Source: Malacoraja senta (Eukaryota). From it: a stretch of 64,000 nt of DNA. This document shows, in pieces, positions 38,338-51,177 of this stretch. The notes beneath the pieces were generated by a model that worked only from the letters and a program-made list of their open reading frames with translations, made no database searches and was not told the origin of the DNA. Position 1 is the first letter of the stretch, and each line of letters starts with the position of its first letter. The position numbers and the translations under genes are program-made. The stretch covers positions 1 through 64,000 of the forward strand of contig JAXLNO010000111.1 in assembly GCA_038087875.1 (NCBI GenBank), in the 5' to 3' direction.

Positions 38338-38985
38338 ACAACGGAAGATGGTCCAGAACTAAATGTGTTTCAAAAGAAACTAATGGACTATGGGTTAATA
38401 ACTGGAAAAAAGCTAATCCTAAAATTTTGGAAGAAGGCTCCAATACCAACTATAAACATGTGGATTTCAAATATGTTTGAAATTACACCTAGAAGAGATA
38501 AGACTCCTCCTGGCAGGTAAACCAGATCACTTCCATCTGACGTGGTCTGCATTTATAGAATTATTACAAATATAGGGTGCAAAGGTACCTTAAAAAAAAA
38601 ACTGAGGTCAGGTAAAGGGTGATGATAGTTGGAAAGTTGGTATGTCCCATTTGCGTAATGCTCATAAAAACTATTTGTTTTTCTCTTTCTCCTCTTTCTC
38701 TTTCTCCTTCTTTTCTAGGGTCTATTTCTTAATTCTTTTTCTTTTGTTTTTAATTTTGTTCTTATAGGGTCTTCGTTCTGTCTTGTTGTCACACTTTCTA
38801 CACTTTCACTTTTTCCTTCACTTTCTTCTTTCTTTCAATCTTATCCTTTCCTTTTACTAGTGTAAAAAACAAACGGAGTACATTAATTGTAAGAAGATAT
38901 AAGTGACGAGTACTAATGTATGTGGTTGTAATGTAATGTATTTCTAATAAATAAAAAATAAATTAAAAAAAAATAAATAAAAAAA
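38338..38985 (+). mobile_element. 5'-truncated L1 (ORF2 C-terminus, T-rich UTR, poly-A)
   Basis: 16-bp TSD AAAC(T/G)TTTTCGTTCCC (38322-38337 / 38986-39001). GLITGKKLILKFWKK resembles the C-terminus of the full-length L1. Confidence 0.88.
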
Positions 38986-39446
38986 AAACGTTTTCGTTCC
39001 CTGACTGGTGATTCATATCAAATTTTAACAGGAAGTCATTGACAGAACCAAAACAAAGGCTTTAGAACCACGAAAATCAAAGAAAACCTCAGACTGGGTA
39101 ATGAACACAGAAGAGGTCCACCACCGATCTTCTCATTTTGATTATAAACTCTGTGGAAGGGGAGGGAAAAGGTATCCAGTTACTGCAATCAGGAAGGGGT
39201 TGTTAACTGTAGAGCACTGGCAATTATCAGCCTTCGGTTTAGTGTTACATTAAATGTTAGTATTCAACATAATTGACATATACGCCTGTAAGAACTATGT
39301 GAATCATGTGGCATGACCTTGGTTAAGTGTTGACTAACTTCCATGAGGACATCTTCCAAGATGGCGGCAGTGAAAGGTCAGGTGTAGAGTCGGCAGCTGT
39401 GCATGGTCTGTAAACTCACCTGCGGCACCCTCCGTAAATTACAGTC

Positions 39447-39735
39447 GGCACAGTGGCATTGAGGTGGAGTTGCTGCCTTATCGATCTGACTATGGGTGCT
39501 GTCTGTACGGAGTTTGTACGTTCTCCGTGTGACCTACATGGGTTTCCTCCAGGTGCTCCAGTTTCCTCTCACACTCCAAAAACGTACCGGTTTATAGGTT
39601 AATTGGTTTGGTATAATTGTAAATTGTCTCTGGTGTTTGTAGGATAGTGTTAGTGTGCGGGGATTGCTGGTCGGCGTGGACCCGGTGGGCCGAAGAGCCT
39701 GTTTCTGTGCTGTACCTCAAAACTAAACTAAACTA
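39447..39735 (+). mobile_element. HE1-like V-SINE
   Basis: ggtgctgtctgtacggagtttgtacgttctcc V-domain; ctaaa tail. Confidence 0.85.
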
Positions 39736-40257
39736 AGCCTTGGGAAGCGAGACCTGACAACCTCAGCGCATGGAAGCGGAGGGGTGGATGCTGCAGATGA
39801 CAGATGGTGCAGTTGTGACGGTTGTGGGTCATGGTTGTTGGAAGGCCCTACAGTAGCTGGGTGAGCGAGTGGATTGAGCAAAGTCTGTGGCAGCTGCACA
39901 GAGTGACAGTGGAAGGAGTCGATGGCCTTGCGCTGGGCCAGACCAATTCCTGCATCGTCAATCTGGTGTCATCAGGACACCGGGCCTTTAAGTGAGAACA
40001 TTAGAAATTACATATTACCTTTGGCCAAGATTAGATTTTTTCAGAGACTTAGAAGATGGAAGATGGTGATAGAATACAGCAACTCTCTGCGTGCAGTTCC
40101 AGAAGAGGATCTATTTTATCCATGATTTGTGTAGGAAAGAACTGCAGATGCTTGTTTCAACCAAAGATAGACACAGACGGCTGGAGTAACTCAGTGGGAC
40201 AGGCAGCATCTCTGGAGAGAAGGAATGGGTGAAGTTTCAGGTCGAGACCCTTCTTCA

Positions 40258-43008
40258 GGAGGGATAGAGAGAAAGGAAAAGGAGGTGGGGTAGCGTTGCT
40301 GGTTAGAGAGGAGATTAACGCAGTGGAAAGGAAGGACATTAGCTTGGAGGATGTGGAATCGGTATGGGTAGAGCTGCGAAACACTAAGGGGCAGAAAACG
40401 CTGGTGGGTGTTGTGTACAGGCCACCCAGCAGTAGTAGTGATGTTGGGGATGGCATCAAACAGGAAATTAGAAATGCGTGCAACAAAGGCAAAACAGTTA
40501 TAATGGGTGACTTCAATCTACATATAGATTGGGTGAATCAAATTGGCAGGGGTGCTGAGGAAGAGGATTTCTTGGAATGTATGCGGGATAGTTATCTAAA
40601 CCAACATGTAGAGGAACCAACGAGAGAGCAGGCTATTCTAGACTGGGTATTGAGTAATGAGGAAGGGTTAGTTAGCAGTCTTGTTGTGTGTGCCCCCTTG
40701 GGCAAGAGTGACCATAATATGGTTGAGGTCTTCATTAGGATGGAGAGTGACATTGTTAATTCAGAAACAACGGTTCTGAACTTAAAGAAAGGTAACTTTG
40801 AGGGTTTGAGACGTGAATTGGCCAAGATTGACTGGCAATTAGTTCTAAAAGGGTTGACGGTGGATATGCAATGGAAGGCATTTAAAGACTGCATGGATGA
40901 ACTACAAAAATTGTTCATCCCAGTTTGGCAAAAGAATAAATCAGGGAAGGTAGTGCATCCGTGAATAACAAGGGAAATCAGGGATAGTATCAAAGCAAAA
41001 GATGATGCGTACAAATTAGCCAGAAAAAGCAGCATACCAGAGGACTGGGAGAAATTCAGAGACCAGCAGAGGAGGACAAAGGGCTTAATTAGGAAAGGGA
41101 AAATAGATTATGAAAGGAAACTGGCAGGGAACATAAAAACTGACTGCAAAAGTTTTTATAGATATGTGAAGAGAAAGAGCTTAGTTAAAACAAATGTAGG
41201 TCCCTTGCAGTCAGAAACAGGTGAATTGATCATGGGGAACAAGGATATGGCGGACCAATTGAATAACTACTTTGGTTCCGTCTTCACTAAGGAAGACATA
41301 AATAATCTGCTGGAAATAGCAGGGGGCCGCGGGTCAAAGGAGATGGAGGAACTTAGTGAAATCCAGGTTAGTCGGGAAGTGGTGTTGGGTAAATTGAATG
41401 GATTAAAGGCCGATATATCACCAGGGCCAGATAGGCTGCATCCCAGAGTACTTAAGGAAGTAGCTCCAGAAATAGTGGATGCATTAGTGATAATTTTTCA
41501 AAACTCTTTAGATTCTGGAGTAGTTCCTGAGGATTGGAGGGTAGCAAATGTAACCCCACTTTTTAAGAAGGGAGGGAGAGAGAAAACGGGGAATTACAGA
41601 CCAGTTAGTCTAACATTGGTAGTGGGGAAACTGCTAGAGTCACTTATTAAAGATGGGATAGCAGCACATTTGGAAAGTGGTGAAATCATTGGACAAAGTC
41701 AGCATGGATTTACGAAAGGTAAATCATGTCTGACGAATCTTATAGAATTTTTCGAGGATGTAACTAGTAGAGTGGATAGGGGAGAACCCAGTGGATGTGT
41801 TGTATCTGGACTTTCAGAAGGCTTTCGACAAGGTACCACATAAGAGATTAGTATACAAACTTAAAGCACATGGTATTGGGGGTTCAGTATTGATGTGGAT
41901 AGAGAACTGGCTGGCAAACAGGAAGCAAAGAGTAGGAGTAAACGGGTCCTTTTCACAATGGCAGGCAGTGAAGTGACTAGTGGGGTACCGCAAGGCTCAA
42001 TGCTGGGACCCCAGCTATTTACAATTTATATTAATGAACTGGATGAGGGAATTGAAGGCAACATCTCCAAGTTTGCAGATGACACTAAGCTGGGGGGCAG
42101 TGTTAGCTGTGAGGAGGATGCTAGGAGACTGCAAGGTGACTTGGATAGGCTGGGTGAGTGGGCAAATGTTTGGCAGATGCAGTATAATGTGGATAAACGT
42201 GAGGTTATCCACTTTGGTGGCAAAAACAGGAAAGCAGACTATTATCTAAATGGTGGCCGATTAGGAAATGGGGAGATGCAGCGAGACCTGGGTGTCATGG
42301 TACACCAGTCATTGAAAGTAGGCATGCAGGTGCAGCAGGCAGTGAAGAAAGCGAATGGGTTCGCTTTCATAGCAAAAGGATTTGAGTATAGGAGCAGGGA
42401 GGTTCTACTGCAGTTGTACAGAGTCTTGGTGAGACCACACCTGGAGTATTGCGTACAGTTTTGGTCTCCAAATCTGAGGAAGGACATTATAGCCATAGAG
42501 GGAGTGCAGAGAAGGTTCACCAGACTGATTCCTGGGATGTCAGGACTTTCATATGAAGAAAGACTGGATAGACTTGGCTTATACTCGCTAGAATTTAGAA
42601 GATTGAGCGGGGATCTTATAGAAACGTACACAATTCTTATGGGGTTGGACAGGCTAGATGCAGGAAGATTGTTCCCGATGTTGGGGAAGTCCAGGACAAG
42701 GGGTCACAGCTTAAGGATAAGGGGGAAATCCTTTAAGACCGAGATGAGGAAAAACTTTTTCACACAGAGAGTGGTGAATCTCTGGAACTCTCTGCCACAG
42801 AGGGTAGTTGAGGCCAGTTCATTGGCTATATTTAAGAGGGAGTTAGATGTGGCCCTTGTGGCTAAAGGGATCAGGGGGTATGGAGAGAAGGCAGGTACGG
42901 GATACTGAGTTGGATGATCAGCCATGATCATATTGAAATAGCGGTGCAGGCTCGAAGGGCCGAATGGCCTACTCCTGCACCTATTTTCTATGTATCTATG
43001 TATCTATT
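40258..43008 (+). mobile_element. Young CR1 LINE, 5'-truncated within the endonuclease
   Basis: GVVYRPP, MGDFN, KSDH (endonuclease); SPGPD, NYRPVSL, YLDFQKAFDKVPH, GVPQGS, KFADD (RT). Few lesions (TGA at 40962, frameshifts at ~41790 and ~41970). Tail (ctatgtat)n. Confidence 0.95.
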
Positions 43009-43344
43009 TCACTGGATACCATGTTGAATATGTATTTCAGAGCATCTCTGTATGTGTGACAATAAACAAGCTAACTATCTGGTTTGGTCGTTCTCTCTTT
43101 CTTGTCTTTTAAAAAGAAACACAAAATGGCCACCTTTGCTATCATGGGGTTATTTCAAGTCAGTGATATTGTCGTAGGTTCTGTACGAAGAGTTCAACTC
43201 TGCCTGTTGAAAATGCCGATGAATGCAGGTGCCACAGTATATAAAACACGGTCCTTTAGCTTGTGTGTGCTCTCTGCTTATGTCCAATGCAAAAAAAAGG
43301 CAAACCCTTTATTTAGCTAGACCCATTCAAGAATTTGGTTTGAA

Positions 43345-43800
43345 CACTGTGTACAGTTCTGGTCGCCTCATTATAGAAAGGATGTGAAGGCTTTGTGGAA
43401 TAGTTTTACCAGAATGTTGCATGGATTAGAGGATATTAGCTATACGGAGAGGTAAGACAGACTTGGATTGTTTACTCTGGAATGTCGGATGTTGAGGGGA
43501 GACCTGATAGGTATGCAAAATTATGAAAGGCCTAGATAGGTTAGACATTCAGGACCTTTTTCCCAGGCAGAAATGCCAAATGGCATAGCTTTAAGGTGAG
43601 TGCGGGAAATGTGTGGGACAAGTTTTTTTAAAGGAGATGCGTGGGAAACGTTTTTTATCAAGAGTATGGTGAGTGCCTCGTATGCATTGCCAGAGGTGGT
43701 GGTAGAAGTGGATATAATGGTGGCATTTAAGAGTTTTTTTGTTAGGCCCACATATATGCAAGGAATGGGGGGATATGGATCACATGCAGACAGAGGACAT
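43345..43800 (+). mobile_element. CR1 3' fragment (older subfamily)
   Basis: gtacagttctggtcgcctcattatagaaaggatg...aggggagacctgatag. Confidence 0.8.
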
Positions 43801-45343
43801 CATGTTGGACATAGACATAGTCATCGAGATAAAATCTTACAGTGTGGAAACAGGCCCTGCAGCCTAACTTGGCTACACCAGCCAACGTACCCCATCCACA
43901 ATCGTCCCTCCTGCCTACATTTGGCCCATATCCCTCTAAACCTGTCCTATCCATGCATCTAAATGTTTCTTTAACTTTGCGACAGTACCTGCCTCAACAA
44001 CCTCCACCAGCAGCTCGTTCCTTACACCCACCACCCATTGTATAAAAAGGTTACGCCTCGGGTTCCTGTGCAGCGCTGTACTCTGTTTTATGCTCTATAT
44101 ATTGTGTGCTATTTAGAAATGGAGGGGGCTGTTGCAGAGATCAAATAGAAGCATTCAACATTTTACACAGCATAGCTACATTTACATTTTATTTTATTAG
44201 GAAATGTAAAATAAATCAAAGGAGGTAACATTTAAGGTAGATATCATTCAAAAGAGTGACAAGGGAAGTAAACCCTTTTGATTCACTAAATGGGCTGATA
44301 GATAATATGATAGATGGGGGTGGTAAGGGATTGGTTATTTGGATCCTGACAGAATGACCAGTGTCCTCATCTCTACTTATCCTGTGATCTTGTGATTTCC
44401 AGGCTTGTAGAACAATGGTGTATGCTGTGCAAAGCCAGCCAGCCATGGGTTCTCTTGCTTGGATGAGAACTGTTGGTGCACTGTCTGAAGCCTATAGTTC
44501 ACTCCAGGCTCAGAAAGATTTATACTGTATAATGTTTGGTAAATGTAAAATATATTCTGCTGCAGGCTTCGATAACCGACCAACAGATACTCTGAGGCTG
44601 TACATGGTTCCGAATAGCAAGTTGGGATGTGAGAAGACATGGACTGTTAAAATCAGGCATTTCTAGAATCTTACAGCATGGAAACAGACCCTTTGGCCCA
44701 ACTTGCCCACACCGGCCAACATGTCCCATCTACACCAGCTTGCGTTTGGCCCATATCCCTCTAAACCTATCCTATCCATGTACCTGTCTAAGTGTTTCTT
44801 GCGATAGTACCTGCCTCAACTACCTTCATCGGCAGCTCGTTCCACCCACCCACCACCCTTTGTTGAAAAAAAAAATCCACTTTATTCAGATACGTTGTCT
44901 ATGTTCTCAGCAGAGTACGAAAGTTGCATTAAATAAGCTCCATACTAATTTGCTACAATCCCAGTATTAATATCCTGAGCCTCATCTAGGTAATTTCTAT
45001 GCACTTGTCATTGTTACAAATGAAATACATTAGGCATACTAAACATTCCATGAATTTAACCTGTGAGATACTGAATGATATAGAATAGAAAGGACCTCGA
45101 GTTAATCTCATTTCCGTGCTGGATTAGCTAACGGAACATAAAGATCAAGTTCAGGGAGTTCACCTGAAGGAGTGTAATGTTGTATTTACCTTTCAGGACA
45201 AGGTTGGGGTGATCCCTGTTAACATTTTCAACTGGCCATATTCACAGAAGAAAGTGAAAGTTCTCTTTCTGACCTCAATAAAATTGATCTGCCAAGTAGT
45301 CTCACTTAAGTAAACTGGTTATTAATCCACAAACAATGAGGTA

Positions 45344-45771
45344 CAGGTCCACCATTGATTTTCCGGCACCCTTGGTTCCAGAGCCTTTCTGGATTATCCG
45401 TTTTGCCAGACCACCAGCGGTCATGGCCACCCAGTGGAATCGAACGGTATGGGAACTGTCCGCCTGTGCTGCCAAGGAGCCGAGACACCAGACGGCAAAA
45501 TTGGTCTCGGAAGTTGGCTATGGGAACGGATCTGCCGGCTCCAGCCAAGCTGGAGTTCCAGAGCCCCGGCCACAGGGGGCAAAATTGACCGGCCGGTCTG
45601 CCATGGAAGTCCCGATGAGGACGAGATCAGCCGTTTTACCCAGCCTAGACGCCACATTTTAGGGGTGACCTCAGGGGGTGAGGGGGTGGATTTCAAGTGT
45701 GATTTTGTAATTTTAACCGGATTAAAGGAAGTGCTGAATCACCAATTGTCGTAAAATCAGTGGTGGACCTG
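45344..45771. mobile_element. Tc1/mariner (pogo/Tigger-like) MITE
   Basis: TA|CAGGTCCACCATTGATTTT ... AAAATCAGTGGTGGACCTG|TA. Confidence 0.85.
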
Positions 45772-46856
45772 TAGTGCATAAACCAATTGCTGTTTTTCTT
45801 TCTTCATGTTGCAAGAACCTTAAAAGTACTTCACCGACTGTGAAGCACAAGTGTGCCATGAAAGTTGCTGCTTCCTGTCAGATTATTCCACTCTATCACT
45901 GGGAATGAGTCTTCCTGGTTATGGATGGGAGAAACTGCCCATGGTTCAGCTCCTGATTACTTTTTCAGAACTATGGCTGTCATGTGAGGTTTGGTTATGA
46001 TCAACGTCACAACACCGTATAAACTGTTACATGACTCAGCAACTTGTCAGTTGTCACAATTGCGGTGGATTCATATCCTGTGTGCAGCCTACATGCTCAG
46101 GCAAAGCAGGGAGGAATCTGAATAGAGAGATTGTACGTTGAAAATCCCACAACATACAACTCCCTGTGGAATCAATTCATGGGACTGAGTCACTGCTTAA
46201 TCATTTGTTCTGAACTTTGCTGTGATGTCACACAGATTATTTGGATTCAAAATATGAAAATAATCTGCTTTTGCTCTCTCATCGTGCGTAGACGGCCATG
46301 TATACACTTGAACGAGTCACAATTACCAGGAAGCAGTAGTCTGAAGAAGGGTCTCGACCCATAACGTCACCTTTTCCTTTTCTCCAAAGATGCTGCCTGA
46401 CCCACTGAGTTACTCCAGCATTTTGTCTATCTTCAGTAGCAATAAGGGTTGCAAAAAAATGACTGTGCCATTCAAACCATTCCAGCTTCAGAATCCTTTT
46501 CAATCCCCATTTTGTACATGCGTTTATTTTATTTTCCCTGCAACATTCTCATGTTTTAATATAGTCTTTGCTCTATTTATGTATTCTACACTCAATATCT
46601 CAGTAGCAGATACATTTATCTGGTACTTTATCAACAACGTATAGTATATTGTGATATTCACAATTCTTCTTTCTGGACTTTGCTTTAATCGGCTCTTTAT
46701 CAACTATGTCCCTTCATATTTGTAAGTACCATTATTAAATCCTCCTGTAATTTCCACACTTCCTCTGCAGACAATTGCAATATTTCAAATATTGTGGAGA
46801 TGTTGTGCTTAAATTTACAGACTAACCCAAAGGTTAACAAACCAGACACGAGCTTC

Positions 46857-46996
46857 TTCTTCTTCTTGCGTATGGCGTGCACCGCCTAAAGTTGTAGAAC
46901 AACTTGTTCTATTTGATCTTATTTGATTGTGCACGCCGGGTTGATTGCATTCGTCGAAACAGGGCGGACCGCGTGAAGGTTGCAATTTCCCAACCC
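46857..46996 (-). mobile_element. ~140-bp non-autonomous retroposon (Vingi/Ingi-like 3' end) headed by an HDV-like ribozyme
   Basis: 13-bp TSD AGACACG(A/G)GCTTC (46844-46856 / 46997-47009). 3' end GCACGCCATACGCAA(GAA)n. Confidence 0.85.
46943..46996 (-). ncRNA. Minimal HDV-like self-cleaving ribozyme (predicted)
   Basis: P1 GGGUUGG/CCGCCCU (G1-U wobble, one mismatch); P2 AUUGCA/UGCAAU; P3 ACC/GGU; L3 UUCACGC; mini-P4 with a UUCG loop; J4/2 C-GAA. Confidence 0.7.
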
Positions 46997-47284
46997 AGAC
47001 ACGGGCTTCAATTCCACCATGGAAACGGTGGACCATAAATGCAATTAATAACCCGGAATTTACAACTATTCCTCGGAATCATAACCATAAACCTAAACTG
47101 CTGTTTCCTGAAGTCCCCAAGGGAGGAAATGTGCCATCCTTATCTTCTCTGGCCTATGTCCACATTTGCAGCAAAGTGATTGATTGTTATGTGGCTGAGC
47201 AAATTTTCCAATTGCATCATAGCCACTACATTAAAACAGAAACAGAACAAAACTGGATGGATCATCTTGCCTTGAACATTTTGT

Positions 47285-47705
47285 CAAGTCAAGTCAAGTC
47301 ACATTTATTTATATAGCGCATTTAAAAAACAACTCTCGTTGGCCAAAGTGCTTTACATTTGTTATAAGAATAGTATAACAAACAAACCACATACATATAT
47401 ACATGTAGCCCTCACTCAGAGGACGTCAAGAAAGGCTTGGGAGTACAGATGGGTTTTTAGTCTTGACTTAAAGGAGTCGATGGAGGGGGCAGTTCTGATG
47501 GGAAGAAGGATGCTGTTCCACAGTCTAGGAACTGCAACCGCAAAGGCGCGGTCGCCCCTGAGCTTATGCCTAGACGGCGGGATATTCAGCAACCCCAAGT
47601 CGGCTGATCTGAGGGACCTGGAGGTGGTGTGGTGGGTGAGCGGACTTTTAATGTAGGTGGGGGCAAGCCCATTGAGGGCTTTGTAGACATGAGGGAGGAT
47701 CTTGA
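47285..47705 (-). mobile_element. L2 LINE 3' end
   Basis: FKILPHVYKALNGLAPTY...RSLRS...GDRAFAVAVPRLWNS...FKSRLKTHLY. AATAAA and (ACTTG)n tail. Confidence 0.9.
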
Positions 47706-47854
47706 AATTTTGTGGGTTGGGTTGGGTCTCAATAAAAATCCTTCTTATTGAAAACATTGGAAGTAGAAATTGCGTTCTCAAGAATGGTTGATCATCCATG
47801 AAATCGGGTGGAGAATCTATCCCAGCAACTTTGGGCATGTACCTTCTTTGGGGA

Positions 47855-48230
47855 CACCCCAGTGGTATGAATATTGACTTCTCTAACTTCAAGTAACCCT
47901 TGCTTTCCCTCTCTCCCCATCCCTCCCCTTCTTAGTCCCTCCCCATCCCTCTCCTCCCCTCCTCTGACCAGTCTGACTGTCCCCCTGATTTAATTTTATC
48001 TCTGTATGCGTCGGTGTCACCTTCTCCTAGCTAACAATGATCTATTCTACATTTCCCTTGATCTGCATCCCCGCTGGTGTCTCGTTTTCATACCTTATAC
48101 TTCCTTATCTCTGTCTCCCTCTCCCCTGCTCTCAGTCTGAAGAAGGGTCTTGCCCTGAAATGTCACCCATTCCTCCTATCCAGAGATGCTGCCTGTCCTG
48201 CTGAGTTACTCCAGCATTTGTGTCTATCTC
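47855..48230 (+). mobile_element. Penelope-like element 3' end with terminal repeat
   Basis: cccagtggtatgaatattgacttctctaacttcaagtaa (ORF end), pyrimidine tract, then ctgaagaagggtc...gagttactccagca. Confidence 0.7.
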
Positions 48231-51177
48231 CAGCAACTTGTACGGTGGGTTCAAAAACAGAAGAGGAATTTGCTGAAGCTTCTAGGTCTCGCCCAGGAGC
48301 TGGCTTAGGGAGGAGGCATAGGTGAAGGGACAGCATGTATGCCACAGTTTGTTCCTTGCTGCATTGTCTTTTTCACACATTCACAGAAAACCATTATTAC
48401 CAAGACAGCTTTGTCTCTGAGGAATGTTCATTGAATCAAGGAATCTTGCAACAAAGAAGTAGTCCATTTGCTTATTGTGTCAGTGCTGGTACTTTGTAAG
48501 AAAAATACAATTAGTCCTTTGACACTGTAACAAGTAACATGATCCACCAAACTATGAAGGCAATTTTGTGTATAATCATAAGGGAATTTAATGGTTTTAT
48601 GCCAACTAATTTGTCAGGAAGGAGCGCTCTTGATTTTAACATTATTCATTGCGTGCACCTGAAAAGTAAATTCAGGCAGATCAAGATCTCTCACTCACTT
48701 TTGAAGTGGTAGTTTGCCTCCTAAAAGATGGCAAGAGGAAGAAAGCTGAGAGGAAATGAGACAAATGCTCAAAATATCCAGGAAACTAGATTGGAGGCAA
48801 GTGCAAGACATTTAAATGGCCAATGGGAAAAGTAAGAGGCAAGCTTAAAAAACAGATCATAGGTTGACAAAGCCACTTATGAAAGAGGTACCCAACTACA
48901 AATTGATTGCACCTGCACTCATCTCATAAGTTCATGTGATAGGAGTAGAATTAGGCCATTTGGCCCATCAAGTCTACTCCACCATTCAATCATGGCTGAT
49001 CTATCTCTCTATCCTAACCCCATTCTCGTGCCTTCTCCCCATAACCTCTGATGCCCAGAACAGATTAAAACCCTTGAGTAGCTCCTTGCAGAAGGTATAG
49101 GCAAGCTGGTGTGCAAACATTGAGCTTAAGATGTCCATACACCAAATACCAAGGGAGGGGATGCACCAGTTGCTGCAGATAATGTAAAGGCAGGTTTTGG
49201 GATGAATTTCAAGTGAAGATATTGGGACATAACTGAAAAACGAAACTATTCCATACATCCGACATTCATTTTGAGTTGTCAGTATTGGATGACTGGAAAG
49301 AAGCAGAATATCTCTGTGCTTTGTTTGCCAGCTACTTATTCCTCACGCAGGGTAGAAGGAGCTTCTCCTGTTTGCTCTGCTGTAACCTTTTTTAACTGGT
49401 TTGGGCAGTTCAGTGGCTTTAATCAAAAAAGTGGGCGGATCAGTGGCATGGCTAGTAAATCCACTGCTTCATAGCACCAGACATCAAGGTTCACCCCTGA
49501 CCTCAGGGGCAATCCTGATATCGAGGAATGTCTGCGTGGAGTTTTCACGTTCTCCCTGTGACCACATGGGTTTCCACCCACAACCAAAGGTGTGTAGAAT
49601 AAAAAAAATTATTGTTCATGGTAAATTGTCCTTAGTGTGTGGGTGATTGGTAGGATCTGAGGGGGGATTGGTGAGATTGACGAGAATGAGAATGGAATTA
49701 ATGTAATCGGCAAGTCAATGGATGGTGCAGATTAGGTAGGTTGTAGGACTTGTTATTGTGCTGTAAGTATCCAAGATTAAGTAATGGTAAGAAAGGCATT
49801 ACAATCAAGTGCTGCTCTTAGACTATCCATTAGTGTCCTCTGATTAACGCACCTTGGCTAGAACAAAAATACAGTTTAAGATGCCCGCCACCCATATCTT
49901 CATGGAGATGTAATTGTTAACGCTTTTGTTTCTCATCCCACAGAAAAAAATAAAGGAAAGACAGCAGACAATGCTGGAATGTTCAGTGGGCAGCTGGGGT
50001 GTGTGGAGAATGAACAAGTTTCAGGTTAGAGGCTTTTCATCTGATTTGGAAAAAAACAGAGATAAAATAGATCGCTCTTAAAGTTTCAGAAAGGTTGTGG
50101 GAATGAGAGGAAAGCCAGTGCTCACATGGAGACAAGGAGGGAGTGATTGTCAGAAGTGGTGGAGATGCTGATTGAAAGAGGAAGATTAAAGTGTAACAAA
50201 AGATGTATTGGAGGGTGGTGTAAAAATGAAATCTGAAATAACCACAGAGAAAGAAAAAAAAGTGGTGAACCAGTCCAGAGAATGTGGGGCTGTTCCTTGA
50301 GCTTCAATGGGACAGAGTGGGGGAAGGACATAATCAAGGACTCAAAACGAGCAGAGTATTAACTGATACCCGGAAGCCCAGGGTCAACCAGGAAGACAGA
50401 ATGGCAACATTTTGAAAGCAATCTAGGATTGGTTTCTACAATGTAGAGGAGATCACATTCAGAATACCGCTTGTCCAACTGGGTGAAATAAAAGTAAATC
50501 ACTGGTTTGGGAAACTACAGATGAATGCACAGAACTAAAGGCTTTTTCCAAAAATATGCAGGAAAAGTGCAGAAAGAAAGGCAAGTTCCAGGCACACGTT
50601 GTTTACCTATTCATAGTATCTTTGTGTCATTCCCACATTCCTCCCTCAGAGGCAAGTGTCACTGGAACAGGCATGTTAAAACTATGTTAAAAAAATGTTT
50701 TGATTGCTATACAGTGCCTTACAGCATGATGTGAAATGAGCAGACATAGCAAATAGTCTCTGTGCATTGAACTACATAACGGTTTAGTAAAATATTTACA
50801 TGTTTACTTAAGGTGAGATTCAATATGCCAGACACTAGGATAAGGATGAGGAACACAATGAATGCCTGTAGCAAGAAAGATTGAAGACTCCATTTATCCC
50901 ACACTTTATTGACCTTTGGATATCACAACAGCTTCACTACCGGTTAATATATTTTTAGTAGTATAATTATTTTGGTGTAATGTTAAATGCATGGCATCAA
51001 ATTTAAACATAATCAAGGTCCATAAGCAGCAACTATATTGGGATTAAACTAAACTGCTTGTGGGATTTTGGCATAGGAGTATTATCCAAGATAACAAAAT
51101 AACATGGGATATTTTATTCTCTTCTTGTCAGGGCAGAGGGTAGCAAGTTTTAAAATTTCAGCTGGAAGACATCATCA

